Origin: an uncultured Chloroflexia bacterium
Lineage (GTDB): Bacteria; Chloroflexota; Limnocylindria; Limnocylindrales; CSP1-4
Reading direction: 5' to 3'
Assembly (NCBI GenBank): GCA_963710105.1
Contig: CAVPYV010000001.1
Coordinates: 1,935,032-1,999,031, forward strand
DNA: 64,000 nucleotides
Each line of letters begins with the position of its first letter. The stretch's first letter is position 1. The notes below the pieces were generated by a model, which saw nothing but the letters and a program-made list of their open reading frames with translations, was not told the DNA's origin and made no database searches. Position numbers and translations under genes: made by a program. Below are positions 44,768 through 53,989 of this stretch, piece after piece.

Positions 44768-47644
44768 TCAGCCTTCCGGAACCTCGAACTCGCCCGGGTC
44801 GGCGAAGGCGGTGGTCCCGCGGGCGTGGCCCGCGGCCGCCATCGCCTCGCGGTAGACGCCGATCGCGTTGTCGACGCAGCACACCACGAGGTCGCCGGGT
44901 GCCGCCCGGCGGAGGCCGGCCCGGACGGCGGTCATCTCGTCGAGCATCTTCTCCGCCTTCAGGGTCCGGCCGCCATCGCCCCGCGCGGCGCGGATCCCGT
45001 CGATCACGTTGCCGGCAGACACGCCCGGGGCCCGGCCGCGGAGGTTGGCGTCCTCGCGGACGATGATCTCGTCGAAGGCGCGGGCCGCGATCGCCCCGTA
45101 CTCGCGCTGGTCGTCGTCGCGCCGGTCGCCGGGGATCCCGATCACGCCGATCGCCCGGCCGCTCCGGGTGTGGCCGTTCGAGGACGGCCCGATCCGGCCG
45201 GCCTTCGACTGCGGCTCGGTCATCATCCGTTCGACGAAGTCGGCCAGCTGGCGCATGCCGTCAACGTTGTGGCAGTAGTCGATCACGACGCGGATCCCGC
45301 CGACGTCGAGGAGGTTCAGCCGGCCCGGCGCCTGGAAGAACGAGGTCGAGAACGTCCGCAGCCCCTGGCGGATGTCGTGGAGATGGGCGCCGGCGGCCCA
45401 CGCGGCGGCGGCCGCGGCGAGCGCGTTCGCAACGTTCATCCGGGCCCGCCCGCCGAAGGTCGCCGGGATCAGGTGGGTATAGAGGACCGGCATCGTCCGC
45501 GGGCCATGGCGGAGGACGATCAGCTCGCCCTCGGGCCCGGGCTGGAGGACGAAGGCGGCGTTGCCACGGGCGGTGTGGCCATCGACCCGGTCGAAGCCGT
45601 CCTCGCCCTTGTGGGTCGCCATGCTGAACAGGACGACCCGGCCGGAGCAGTGCCGGCCCATCCGGTAGACGTAGCTGTCGTCGGCGTTGAGGACCGCCGT
45701 TCCCGACCGCGGCACCGCCTCCACGACGACGCCCTTGACGTTCGCCAGCTGGCCGAGCGAGTCGATGCCGCCGATGCCGAGGTGGTCGCCGGTGACGTTC
45801 GTCACGACCGCGACATCGTTGCGGTCGTAGCCGAGGCCCTCGCGCAGGATCCCGCCCCGGGCGACCTCGAAGACGGCCGTGTCGACGGTCGGGTTCTGGA
45901 GGACCATCTGGGCCGACTTCGGGCCCGACATGTCGCCCTTCTTGATCATCCGGCCGTCGATGACGATGCCGTCGGTCGAGGTCATCCCGACCCGCTTGCC
46001 CTTGAGCTTGAGGATGTGGGCGATCATCCGGACCGTCGTCGTCTTGCCGTTCGTGCCGGTCACCGCGACGATCGGGATCCGCGACGGCGAGCCCGGCGGG
46101 AAGAGGCCGTCGATGACCGGCCGGGCGACGTACTGCGGCTCGCCCTCGGTGGGGTGGGTGTGCATCCGGAAGCCGGGAGCGGCGTTGACCTCGACGATCG
46201 CCCCGCCGGTCTCGCGGACGGGCGTCGCGATGTCGGGGCAGATGAAGTCGATCCCGGCGATGTCGAGGCCGATGATCTGGGCCGCCGTCTCGGCGATCTC
46301 GACGTTGTCGGGGTGGGCCTCGATCGTCCGGTCGATCGACGTCCCGCCCGTCGACATGTTGCCGGTCAGCGCGAGCTTGACGAAGGTGTCCGCCGGCGGC
46401 ACGTCGTCGAGCTCGAAGCCCTGCTCGCGGACGAGGGACTCGGCGGCGGCGTCGAGGCCGATCCGGGTGAGGACCTTCTCGTGGCCGATCCCGCGCCGCG
46501 GGTCGGCGTTGGCGAGGTCGACGAGCTGGCGGACGGTTCGCTCTCCGTCGCCGACGACGCTGGCCGGGACGCGCTCGGCGATCGCGGCGACCTTGCCGCC
46601 GATGACCAGGCAGCGGTAGTCGTTGCCCGCGACGTAGCTCTCGACGACGAGGTCGCCGCTGCGGCTCTGGGCGCGGGCGCCGTGGAACGCGGCGCGGACC
46701 GCCTCGTCGCTCCGCAGGTCGAGGTGGACGCCCCGGCCGTGGTTGCCGTCGAGGGGCTTGACCACGCAGGGGAAGCCGATCCGGCGGGCGGCGGCGACGG
46801 TGTCCTCCTCGGTCGCCACGACGGCGCTCTTCGGGACGGGCAGGCCGGCCGAGTCGAGGAGCCGGTTCGTCAGGCTCTTGTCGCTGGCGATGTCGACCCC
46901 GATCGCGGACGTGATCGAGGTCATCGTCGCCCGGATCCGCTGCTGGTGGACGCCCTGGCCGAGCTGGACGAGGCTGTGCCGATCGAGCCGGATGTAGGGG
47001 ATGTCGCGGCTCGCCGCCTCGTCGAGGATCGCCTGGGTCGACGGCCCGAAGGCGGCCCGCTCGGCGAGCCGGATGAGCCGCTCGAGCTCGGCCATGAAGT
47101 CGAGGCTCGCGGTCTCGTCGTTCGGGGCGACGAGGTGGTTGACGAGGGCGACCGCGATCTTGCCGGCCTCGACGCCGACCGCCTCCTCGCGGAACTCGTA
47201 GATGACGTTGTAGCGGCCGTGCTCGCCGGTGCTCCGGGTCTTGCCGTGGCGGACGTCAGTGCCGGCGAGGTTCTGGAGCTCGAGGGCGATGTGCTCGGCG
47301 ATGTGGCCGGCCCATGTGCCCTCGCGGAGCCGGGTGATGAAGCCGCCCCGCCGGCCGAGGCTGCAGGCGTGGTCCTCGAGGCTCGGCAGGAGGCCGACGA
47401 GGGCGTCGGTGAAGCCCGGGATCTTGTTGCTCGGGAAGTCCTCGAGGACGCCGAGGTCGACGACCATCCGGACGACCGGCTCGCGGGCCCAGTAGTTCGG
47501 GCCGCGCAGGATCCGGGTCTCGACGATCTTCAGGGTCGGCTCGGGGCGGGTGCCGGTCGTGGGATTGTCGGCCGCGCGGCGACGCGGCTTCGCCGCCGTT
47601 TCGGTCGTCGTCCTGGACCGTGCCCTGGGTGCCGCCTCCGCCAC
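44768..47644 (-). CDS. cphA: Cyanophycin synthetase (N, ATP-grasp and Mur-ligase domains)
   Basis: N domain (ILRGPNYWAREPVV...), ATP-grasp domain (LLDSAGLPVPKS...VVKPLDGNHGRGV...) and M domain (VTGTNGKTTT, DYCHNVDG, GIPGDRRDD). GTG start with GGAGGG 4 nt upstream. Confidence 0.95.
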   Translation of the reverse strand: MAEAAPRARSRTTTETAAKPRRRAADNPTTGTRPEPTLKIVETRILRGPNYWAREPVVRMVVDLGVLEDFPSNKIPGFTDALVGLLPSLEDHACSLGRRGGFITRLREGTWAGHIAEHIALELQNLAGTDVRHGKTRSTGEHGRYNVIYEFREEAVGVEAGKIAVALVNHLVAPNDETASLDFMAELERLIRLAERAAFGPSTQAILDEAASRDIPYIRLDRHSLVQLGQGVHQQRIRATMTSITSAIGVDIASDKSLTNRLLDSAGLPVPKSAVVATEEDTVAAARRIGFPCVVKPLDGNHGRGVHLDLRSDEAVRAAFHGARAQSRSGDLVVESYVAGNDYRCLVIGGKVAAIAERVPASVVGDGERTVRQLVDLANADPRRGIGHEKVLTRIGLDAAAESLVREQGFELDDVPPADTFVKLALTGNMSTGGTSIDRTIEAHPDNVEIAETAAQIIGLDIAGIDFICPDIATPVRETGGAIVEVNAAPGFRMHTHPTEGEPQYVARPVIDGLFPPGSPSRIPIVAVTGTNGKTTTVRMIAHILKLKGKRVGMTSTDGIVIDGRMIKKGDMSGPKSAQMVLQNPTVDTAVFEVARGGILREGLGYDRNDVAVVTNVTGDHLGIGGIDSLGQLANVKGVVVEAVPRSGTAVLNADDSYVYRMGRHCSGRVVLFSMATHKGEDGFDRVDGHTARGNAAFVLQPGPEGELIVLRHGPRTMPVLYTHLIPATFGGRARMNVANALAAAAAAWAAGAHLHDIRQGLRTFSTSFFQAPGRLNLLDVGGIRVVIDYCHNVDGMRQLADFVERMMTEPQSKAGRIGPSSNGHTRSGRAIGVIGIPGDRRDDDQREYGAIAARAFDEIIVREDANLRGRAPGVSAGNVIDGIRAARGDGGRTLKAEKMLDEMTAVRAGLRRAAPGDLVVCCVDNAIGVYREAMAAAGHARGTTAFADPGEFEVPEG

Positions 47645-47703
47645 GGAGCCCTCCTGCCGTGCTCAACCCCTTCGCGAGAGGCGAGTGTAACCGCCGTCCG
47701 CCG

Positions 47704-48138
47704 TCAGGACGACGGAAAGACGGCGATCGGGAAGCCCTCCCTCGCGGCCGCCTGAGCCAGGCGATCGTCGAGGGTGACGAACGTCAGGCTCGAGGGGTCG
47801 CCCTCGCCAGCGGTCACCGCCGCCGCCAGTTGCAGGGCGTCGCCCGCGCGCAGCGGGTGGACGCGAATCAGGCGAATGGCCGTGCGACGGATCGGCGCTG
47901 AGGGCTGCATCTCCAGCCACGCAGCGGCAAGGACATCGAGCCGCTCGATCGCCGCGCTGGTCGTCCTGTCATCGTTGAGGCCGTCGCGCTCGCGTCGGGC
48001 GATGGCGGAAGCGCACTCGATGCTCGTCCCCCACCACGCGACCATCTCCGGATCGCGTCGGTATTCGGCGCCGACCGACCGGCTGAGCTCCTCCTCGAGG
48101 AGCAGCGGAACGATCGCCGACGAGTCCCAGAACCTCAT
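47704..48138 (-). CDS. vapC: PIN-domain toxin (VapC-like)
   Basis: MRFWDSSAIV (first acidic residue), a middle Glu, RAGDALQLAAA and FVTLDDRL, the typical PIN acidic quartet positions. Confidence 0.85.
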   Translation of the reverse strand: MRFWDSSAIVPLLLEEELSRSVGAEYRRDPEMVAWWGTSIECASAIARRERDGLNDDRTTSAAIERLDVLAAAWLEMQPSAPIRRTAIRLIRVHPLRAGDALQLAAAVTAGEGDPSSLTFVTLDDRLAQAAAREGFPIAVFPSS

Positions 48139-48141
48139 CGC

Positions 48142-48435
48142 TCAGCGACCGGTTCGCCGCTCTTCGAGCAACGCGTCGAGGAGGCTCGCGCCAGGGGAGC
48201 CCGCGGGCCCGGGTTGGAGAATCAGGTCGACGGGTGGCGGCGTCACGCCACGTTTGGCGAGACCGGCGCGTTCGAGGCGGGCCGCGCGCCCATCGCCATC
48301 GCCTGCCCCGGTGATCGGCTCGAGTCGGGCCACGGGTGTCCCGCGATCGAGGATGAGGATGCTCTCGCCGCTCTTGACCCGGTCGATCAGCGCGCTGAGG
48401 CCGTTCTTGGCCTGGGTGATCGTCGCCGTCTTCAT
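48142..48435 (-). CDS. vapB: Phd/YefM-type antitoxin (VapB partner)
   Basis: MKTATITQAKNGLSALIDRVKSGESILILDRGTPVARLEP is a Phd/YefM N-terminal fold signature. It ends 3 nt before vapC. Confidence 0.85.
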   Translation of the reverse strand: MKTATITQAKNGLSALIDRVKSGESILILDRGTPVARLEPITGAGDGDGRAARLERAGLAKRGVTPPPVDLILQPGPAGSPGASLLDALLEERRTGR

Positions 48436-48453
48436 CTGGCTATTCTAGCCAGA
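48435..48453 (-). promoter_or_regulatory. Perfect palindrome TCTGGCTA-gaa-TAGCCAGA overlapping the vapB start, with TAGAAT (-10) in its centre: putative operator/promoter
   Basis: The minus strand reads TCTGGCTAGAATAGCCAGATG. TAGAAT (48447-48442) lies exactly 6 nt upstream of the ATG, and the 8-bp arms are perfectly complementary. Confidence 0.5.
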
Positions 48454-48584
48454 TCGATCGGCCCTGCAAGCCCCCAGGAACCAGCGCTTTGCCCGAGGGC
48501 ACCTCCCGTACGGACTGCGCCTGGGACTGGCATTCGCGTGACGCGACGCCCTCGTCGCAATGCGTGATCTCGCCCGAGCGTCAG

Positions 48585-49427
48585 TCAGGACGAGGCCGCC
48601 TCCTCCACACCGCCGGGCAGGGCGTGCAGGGTCGGCGTCGCGAGCCGGTGCCGCCGGCGGAGGTCGAAGCGGTAGCCGGCCGGCAGCGAGTGGAGGACGA
48701 CGCCGCTGATCATCAGCGGCTTGTGGCCGCGGATCTCCCAGGCATCGGTCTCGGAGGCCGAGCCGTCGACGACGGTGATGCTCCCCCGTCCGATCACCTC
48801 CATCACGTGGTCGGGCCCGACGACGCCGGCGGTGTCCTCGTCGACGCCGAGGCCGAGCAGCGACGGGTTCTGGGCGATGAGCGAGAGGAGCCGCCCGAGC
48901 CGGTTCCGCTGCTGGAAGTGCTGGTCGACGATGACGCCCGGCAGCATCCCGAGCCCGGCCGCGATCTGAGCCATCCGGTGCTTCGGCGTCGCGCCGGACG
49001 CGCCGAAGGCGATCATGTGGCTGCTCATCGCCGACGCGCCGGCGGACGTGCCGGCCATCACCGCCCCGTGCCGGAACCGCTCGAGCATCGCGTCGGCGAG
49101 GCGCGTCCCGCCGATCGTCGAGGCAAGCTTGAGCTGGTTGCCGCCGGTCAGGAACACGCCGGTCGCATCGCGCAGCGCCAGGGCCACGGTCTCGTCGTTC
49201 GCCTGGGGCCGGGTCGTCGCGTGCAGCGTCCGGACCGCCTGGACCCCGAGGTCGGTGAAGATCTGGCGGTAGCGCTCGCCGGCTTCGGTCCCGAGGCTCG
49301 ACGCGGTCGAGATCACCGCGATCGTCGCGTCGCGACCGCCGGCGAGCGCGACAAACCGGTTGAGGATCACCCGATCGCGGATCTTGTCCTCGGCCCCGCC
49401 GATGATGATCACGGTCCCGTCGGTCAC
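48585..49427 (-). CDS. cphB: Cyanophycinase (peptidase S51)
   Basis: VIIIGGAEDK, FLTGGNQ, the nucleophile box MAGTSAGASAMS, and DQHFQQRNRLGRL. GTG 49427 has AGGGAG 8 nt upstream; ATG 49472 is an alternative start. Confidence 0.9.
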   Translation of the reverse strand: MTDGTVIIIGGAEDKIRDRVILNRFVALAGGRDATIAVISTASSLGTEAGERYRQIFTDLGVQAVRTLHATTRPQANDETVALALRDATGVFLTGGNQLKLASTIGGTRLADAMLERFRHGAVMAGTSAGASAMSSHMIAFGASGATPKHRMAQIAAGLGMLPGVIVDQHFQQRNRLGRLLSLIAQNPSLLGLGVDEDTAGVVGPDHVMEVIGRGSITVVDGSASETDAWEIRGHKPLMISGVVLHSLPAGYRFDLRRRHRLATPTLHALPGGVEEAASS

Positions 49428-49625
49428 GCGCGCGCTCCCTGAACTCGGATCGGGGAAGGATAGCGCGGGCATCGAGCCGAGACCCGCCGCCGGCCCGCGC
49501 GGCGGGTTGCGGTTCGGGGTCGGATGCTTCGCCGGCCCGACCCGCGCCAAAGGATCCGGCGAGCCGGATGACACCCCTCGCGCGGACGACGGTCGCGACC
49601 CGGGCGTCTGCGAGAATGCGCCGGG

Positions 49626-50642
49626 ATGGCCACGACGACGGACGCAGCGGACGGGGGCGCGGGCGAGGTCGCCCGACGGGGCGCGATCGACAGGCCGGCG
49701 CCCGGTCCCCGGCGGCGCCGCGCAGCCGTCGTCCGGCGCGCCCTCCGCCACGAGGTCAGCCGTCTCCGCGACCGGCGCCGGATCCTGGCGATGACGCTGC
49801 TGATCATCACCTTCGGCTGCCTCGCGGCCGGGCTCGTCGCCCGCGGCGAGCCGGCCGGCGCCGACGCCCGCGCCTACTGGGCCGCGGTGCGGGTATGGCT
49901 CGGCGGCGGGGATCCCTATCGCCCCACCGGACCGTTCCTCCCGTACGTCTACGCGCCGTGGATGCTGCCGCTCTTCGCGCCGTGGGCGCTGATGCCGTGG
50001 GACGTCGCGTGGTACGTCTGGCGCGGCGGGACGATCCTCGTCCTCCTCTGGACCATCCACTGGGCCTACAGCCGGCGGCCCCTCCAGACCGCGATCCTCG
50101 TCGCCCTTCTCGGGTTCCCGTTCGGCGCCAACCTCGACACGGGGAACATCAACCTGCTCCTGACGCTCCTCCTGTGGGGCGCCCAGTTCAGCGGCCCGCG
50201 CCTCGCCGGGGTCCTCTGGGCTTTCGCGGCCTGGATGAAGTGGGTCCCGGTCGTCTTCCTCGTCGTGCTGCGGCCGCGGGCCCGGCTGTGGGGCCTGCTC
50301 TTCCTCGCGATCTCGGTCCTGCTCAGTCTCGCCACCCTGCCCGGGACGATCGCCCAGCTCCAGGCCCTCGTCGGGTTCGGGCGACGGCCGATCCGCCTCG
50401 ACTACATCGTGTTCCTGTGGGCGCTCGTCCCGCTCCTCTGGCGGCGGCCGGATCCGTTCGGCTGGCTCCGGCCGGCCTGGTGGCGCGATCGGGTCGAGCA
50501 GTTCCGGGCCGAGCGCCGGTCGCGAACGCGGCGGGCCCGGACCTGGCTCGGGCTGCCCCACGGGTCGTCGGCCGATCGGCGGACACCGGCGGATGGGGGC
50601 ACCCCGTTGGCGGGATCGGAGGTCGGCCGCGACGGCGGGTAA
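49626..50642 (+). CDS. Polytopic membrane protein, GT87/DUF2029-like glycosyltransferase (tentative)
   Basis: ARAYWAAVRVWLGGGDPY...YVYAPWMLPLF...NINLLLTLLLW...AAWMKWVPVVFL resembles the DUF2029 mannosyltransferase-type pattern. Called from memory of the family only. Confidence 0.55.
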   Translation: MATTTDAADGGAGEVARRGAIDRPAPGPRRRRAAVVRRALRHEVSRLRDRRRILAMTLLIITFGCLAAGLVARGEPAGADARAYWAAVRVWLGGGDPYRPTGPFLPYVYAPWMLPLFAPWALMPWDVAWYVWRGGTILVLLWTIHWAYSRRPLQTAILVALLGFPFGANLDTGNINLLLTLLLWGAQFSGPRLAGVLWAFAAWMKWVPVVFLVVLRPRARLWGLLFLAISVLLSLATLPGTIAQLQALVGFGRRPIRLDYIVFLWALVPLLWRRPDPFGWLRPAWWRDRVEQFRAERRSRTRRARTWLGLPHGSSADRRTPADGGTPLAGSEVGRDGG

Positions 50643-50666
50643 CGCGAGCCGCCGGCCGCGCCGAGG

Positions 50667-52007
50667 TCAGGCTTGGCCGAGGACCGTCTGCAGGGGGGTG
50701 CGCCGGTCGGGCTCGACGACGGGCCGCAGGGCGAGCGCCCCGATGAGGAAGTAGCCGACCCCGAACAGGAACTCGACCCGTTCGCCGGTGCCGAGGCCCA
50801 CGCTCCGGTTGATGAGGTCGATCATCGGCCCGCCGATGATCACCGCGATCGTCGTCGAGGAGGCGGTGACGACGTTCGAGAGCCCCATGTACCGCCCGGA
50901 CGCCGCCTTCGGGACGATGTCCGTCATCAGCGCCCAGTCCACCGCGAGGAACGTCCCCTGGGAGGCCCCGAAGAGGGCGGCACCGACGGTCGCGACCGCG
51001 ATCGACGGGGCGAGCGCGATCATCCCCACGCCGGCGGCGCCGATCGCGGTGCAGACGTAGATCACCGGCTTGCGGCCGAAGCGGTCCGACAGCCGCGAGG
51101 CCGGGACGATCGCGAGGAGGCTGACGATCGTCGCCGCCAGCAGCATCACGAGGAACGCCGAGCCGGTCTCCTGCTGGGTGAGGCCGTGGCTGTCGGGCAG
51201 GTACAGGTTGATGAAGTTCAGGACGGCCGCCCCGCCCATGAGGATGAACAGGCGCGACGCGAGGAGCCACAGGTAGCTCCTTTCGCGGAGGATGTCGGTG
51301 CCCCATGTCTCGGCCGCGATCGTCATCCACGACCGGCCTTCGCGCGGCTTCGCCGGCGGCCCGTTCGGCACGCGGAGGACGACGCTCAGCATCGTCACGA
51401 GCTCGATCGTCGCGACCGCCAGGACGGCCAGGCCGACGTTGCCCTGGGTGTTGGCGATCGCCGCGAGGGCGAAGCCGACAACGTTGCCGAGGACTTGCAT
51501 CAGCCCGACCATCGAGCTCGCGAGCCCGACCTGGCGATCGGGCACGAGGTCCGGGACGTAGCCCTGGAACGGGCCGCGGGCGACGTTCGTGCTCAGGGCC
51601 AGGAGCGTCGCGAATGCCGTGATCGCGAGGAGCGAGTTCGCCGAGGCGATCCCGACGAGGAACAGGGCGTCGAACAGGGCGCCGCCGACGATGAACGGCT
51701 TGCGCCGGCCCCACCGCGTCGTCGCGTAGTCGGAGATCGAGCCGACCGTCGGCTGGATCGCCACGCTGAAGAGGAACGTGAAGGCGCCGATGATCGCGAG
51801 CGCCGAGCCCTCCGTACCCGGGTTGACCAAGTGGTCGAACTTCAGGCGCGAGGCGACCGCCGCGTTGACCACGGCGTCGATCGACGTCAGGCCGAGCCAG
51901 AACAGGGAGATCCGGACCAGGGCCTGGACCGGCAGGGCCGCCGTCGGGCGACCCCGGTCATCGGTCGGACCCGCGGTCGCCGCGGCCGAGCCATCGCTCA
52001 CGTCCAC
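50667..52007 (-). CDS. MFS transporter (GPH-like)
   Basis: 12-TM-like protein with GSISDYATTRWGRRKPF (motif A-like). Confidence 0.85.
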   Translation of the reverse strand: MDVSDGSAAATAGPTDDRGRPTAALPVQALVRISLFWLGLTSIDAVVNAAVASRLKFDHLVNPGTEGSALAIIGAFTFLFSVAIQPTVGSISDYATTRWGRRKPFIVGGALFDALFLVGIASANSLLAITAFATLLALSTNVARGPFQGYVPDLVPDRQVGLASSMVGLMQVLGNVVGFALAAIANTQGNVGLAVLAVATIELVTMLSVVLRVPNGPPAKPREGRSWMTIAAETWGTDILRERSYLWLLASRLFILMGGAAVLNFINLYLPDSHGLTQQETGSAFLVMLLAATIVSLLAIVPASRLSDRFGRKPVIYVCTAIGAAGVGMIALAPSIAVATVGAALFGASQGTFLAVDWALMTDIVPKAASGRYMGLSNVVTASSTTIAVIIGGPMIDLINRSVGLGTGERVEFLFGVGYFLIGALALRPVVEPDRRTPLQTVLGQA

Positions 52008-52169
52008 CCTCCAGTGCGCCGACGTGCCCTCCGCGTCAAGCGTACGACGCCGGGCGCCGGCGATGGGCGCGACGGCGCCGCCGGACGGCGGCGATGATTG
52101 GGTCCGCGGGCCGGCGCCATGGAGTGGGGTGAACGTTCCGCCGGCTCCGGTCGTCAGGTGAAGGCGAGG

Positions 52170-52739
52170 ATGGATGGACCTGATGGAGCCCTGGCGATCC
52201 CCCTTGAGCGCGGCCGCGTGATCGACGACCGGGCAGATTTCGCGGCGCTCCTCGATGCCCGCCTCGATCGTGCGTTCCGCCTGGCGACGGTGATCCTCGG
52301 CAGCGCCATCGATGCCGAGGACGCCGTTGCCGACGCCGCGCTCGCTGCCTGGCGGTCCCGCAGTCGACTGCGCGATCCGGATCGGTTCGAGGCCTGGTTT
52401 GCGCGCATCCTCGTGAACGTCTGCCGGGACCGGCTCCGTGCCCGACGGCGCCGTCCCGTGGCCGAGACCTCAGCGGCGGAGCTCGGCGGCCCGGCGGATC
52501 GCGGAGCGAGTGGCGTCGATTTCCGCGAGGGGGTCGCTGCCCGGGACCTGCTGAACCGTGCCTTCGAGACGCTCGAGCCGGACGAGCGCATCGTGCTCGT
52601 GCTGCGGTTCTGGCACGACCTGCCGATCGACGCGATTGCAAACCGGCTGGCGATCCCGTCGGGGACCGTCAAGTCGCGTCTCCACAACGCGACCGCGCGA
52701 TTACGGGCGGCACTGGCGGGCCAGGAGGACGCGCGATGA
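52170..52739 (+). CDS. ECF-type RNA polymerase sigma factor
   Basis: Region 2 (DAEDAVADAALAAWRS...FEAWFARILVNVCRDRLR) and region 4 (IVLVLRFWHDLPIDAIANRLAIPSGTVKSRLHNA). ATG 52170 is preferred; GTG 52158 or 52098 are possible. Confidence 0.85.
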   Translation: MDGPDGALAIPLERGRVIDDRADFAALLDARLDRAFRLATVILGSAIDAEDAVADAALAAWRSRSRLRDPDRFEAWFARILVNVCRDRLRARRRRPVAETSAAELGGPADRGASGVDFREGVAARDLLNRAFETLEPDERIVLVLRFWHDLPIDAIANRLAIPSGTVKSRLHNATARLRAALAGQEDAR

Positions 52740-53917
52740 CCGACGACGCCGCCTTCGAGCGCGAGCTCCGGGCGATGCTCACGTCCAGGGACCCCGGCGC
52801 GACGCCGGCGAGGCTGTCGCTCGCGATCGCCGAGCGTCTCGACGCCGACCGCGCGCCGGGCCGCCTTCGCCTGGTCGGCCGCTGGGTGGCCGCGGCGGGC
52901 GCGGTGGCGGTCGCGCTCGTCGCGATCGTCGCCCTCGCTGTGCTCGTCGGCCGGCCGGCCGGGACCGGGCCGGGCGGCACGGTCCCATCGGCGCCGGCAC
53001 CCTACGAGGTGAAGCCCGGGGACGGCGTCGCGGCGGAGCCGCCCCTCCCGCTCGTCCAGGGGACCGCCGGGCTGGTGGCCTTCGGAAGCCTGCTCGCGCT
53101 GGCGGCGACGACGGTCGACCGGCGGACGCGGGTCGCGGCCGCGCTCGGGAGCCTGGCGATCGCCTGGGTCGCGCTGAACGTCGGGACGTCCGACGCCCTC
53201 GGCTTTGTCGCCGGCGTGAGCGGCCTCGAGGACGGCCGGATCGGGCCTGCGGTCGACGGTGAGCCGACGGCGCTGTTCGTGGATGCCACCGGCGATCTCC
53301 CGTTCACGATGTACCTCACGGTGACCAACACCTCGGGCTTGCCGCTCGAGCTCGAGGGGCTCGCCGCGCCGCGGCGGCTGGGCCCGGGCATGGTCATCCC
53401 CATGCGGTTCGTGGGCGTGGCCGTCCTGCCGGACACGAGTGTCGAGCTGGCATCGGCGCCACGGGTCCCCTTCGCGCCGCTGACACTGGCGCCCGGTGGA
53501 TCGGTCGACCTCGCCGTCCTCGGCATGGCGGGCCAGTGCGCGATCTCGCCGCCGGATCTGGCGGGGGCCGGACGCACCTGGCTCGACCGGGTCGAGATCG
53601 TCTACGAGCAGCTGACGATCTATCACACCGCCAGCGTCGAGCTGCCCGATCCGATCTACGTCGCCGAGACCGACCCGTGCCTCAACCACTCGACGTCAGA
53701 CCGGATCGCGCCGGATCGTCCTCTCGTACTCGGGGAAGAACCGGCCGATCACGGTCAGCTCGAACGTCCGCAGGATGCTGCCGGGCGGCTCGCGATCGAG
53801 GAGGAAGGCCATCGACCGCTCGACGAGGTCGGTTGGATCGCGGTCCGCCGGAGCCAGGCGAGCGAGATCACCGGGCGCGACGCGGACCTCGTGCTCGGAG
53901 ACGATCCGACCGCCTGA
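52736..53917 (+). CDS. Putative anti-sigma / membrane protein downstream of the ECF sigma
   Basis: ATG overlaps the sigma stop (ATGA). Short cytoplasmic N-terminus, TM segment WVAAAGAVAVALVAIVALAVLV, further TM segments and an extracytoplasmic domain. The last 74 or so codons are antisense to the 97-aa gene at 53696..53989. Confidence 0.55.
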   Translation: MTDDAAFERELRAMLTSRDPGATPARLSLAIAERLDADRAPGRLRLVGRWVAAAGAVAVALVAIVALAVLVGRPAGTGPGGTVPSAPAPYEVKPGDGVAAEPPLPLVQGTAGLVAFGSLLALAATTVDRRTRVAAALGSLAIAWVALNVGTSDALGFVAGVSGLEDGRIGPAVDGEPTALFVDATGDLPFTMYLTVTNTSGLPLELEGLAAPRRLGPGMVIPMRFVGVAVLPDTSVELASAPRVPFAPLTLAPGGSVDLAVLGMAGQCAISPPDLAGAGRTWLDRVEIVYEQLTIYHTASVELPDPIYVAETDPCLNHSTSDRIAPDRPLVLGEEPADHGQLERPQDAAGRLAIEEEGHRPLDEVGWIAVRRSQASEITGRDADLVLGDDPTA

Positions 53918-53989
53918 TCGAACCGCCGCGAAGCAGGTCCAGCCTCGGCTCGCGTCGCCCGAGCAGTCGACCTCGACCGACCAGCTCAC
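53696..53989 (-). CDS. Small hypothetical protein (97 aa) translationally coupled to nei
   Basis: GTG 53989 overlaps the nei stop (GTGA). Sequence: VSWSVEVDCSGDASRGWTCFAAVRSGGRIVSEHEVRV...FELTVIGRFFPEYERTI. Confidence 0.6.
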   Translation of the reverse strand: MSWSVEVDCSGDASRGWTCFAAVRSGGRIVSEHEVRVAPGDLARLAPADRDPTDLVERSMAFLLDREPPGSILRTFELTVIGRFFPEYERTIRRDPV

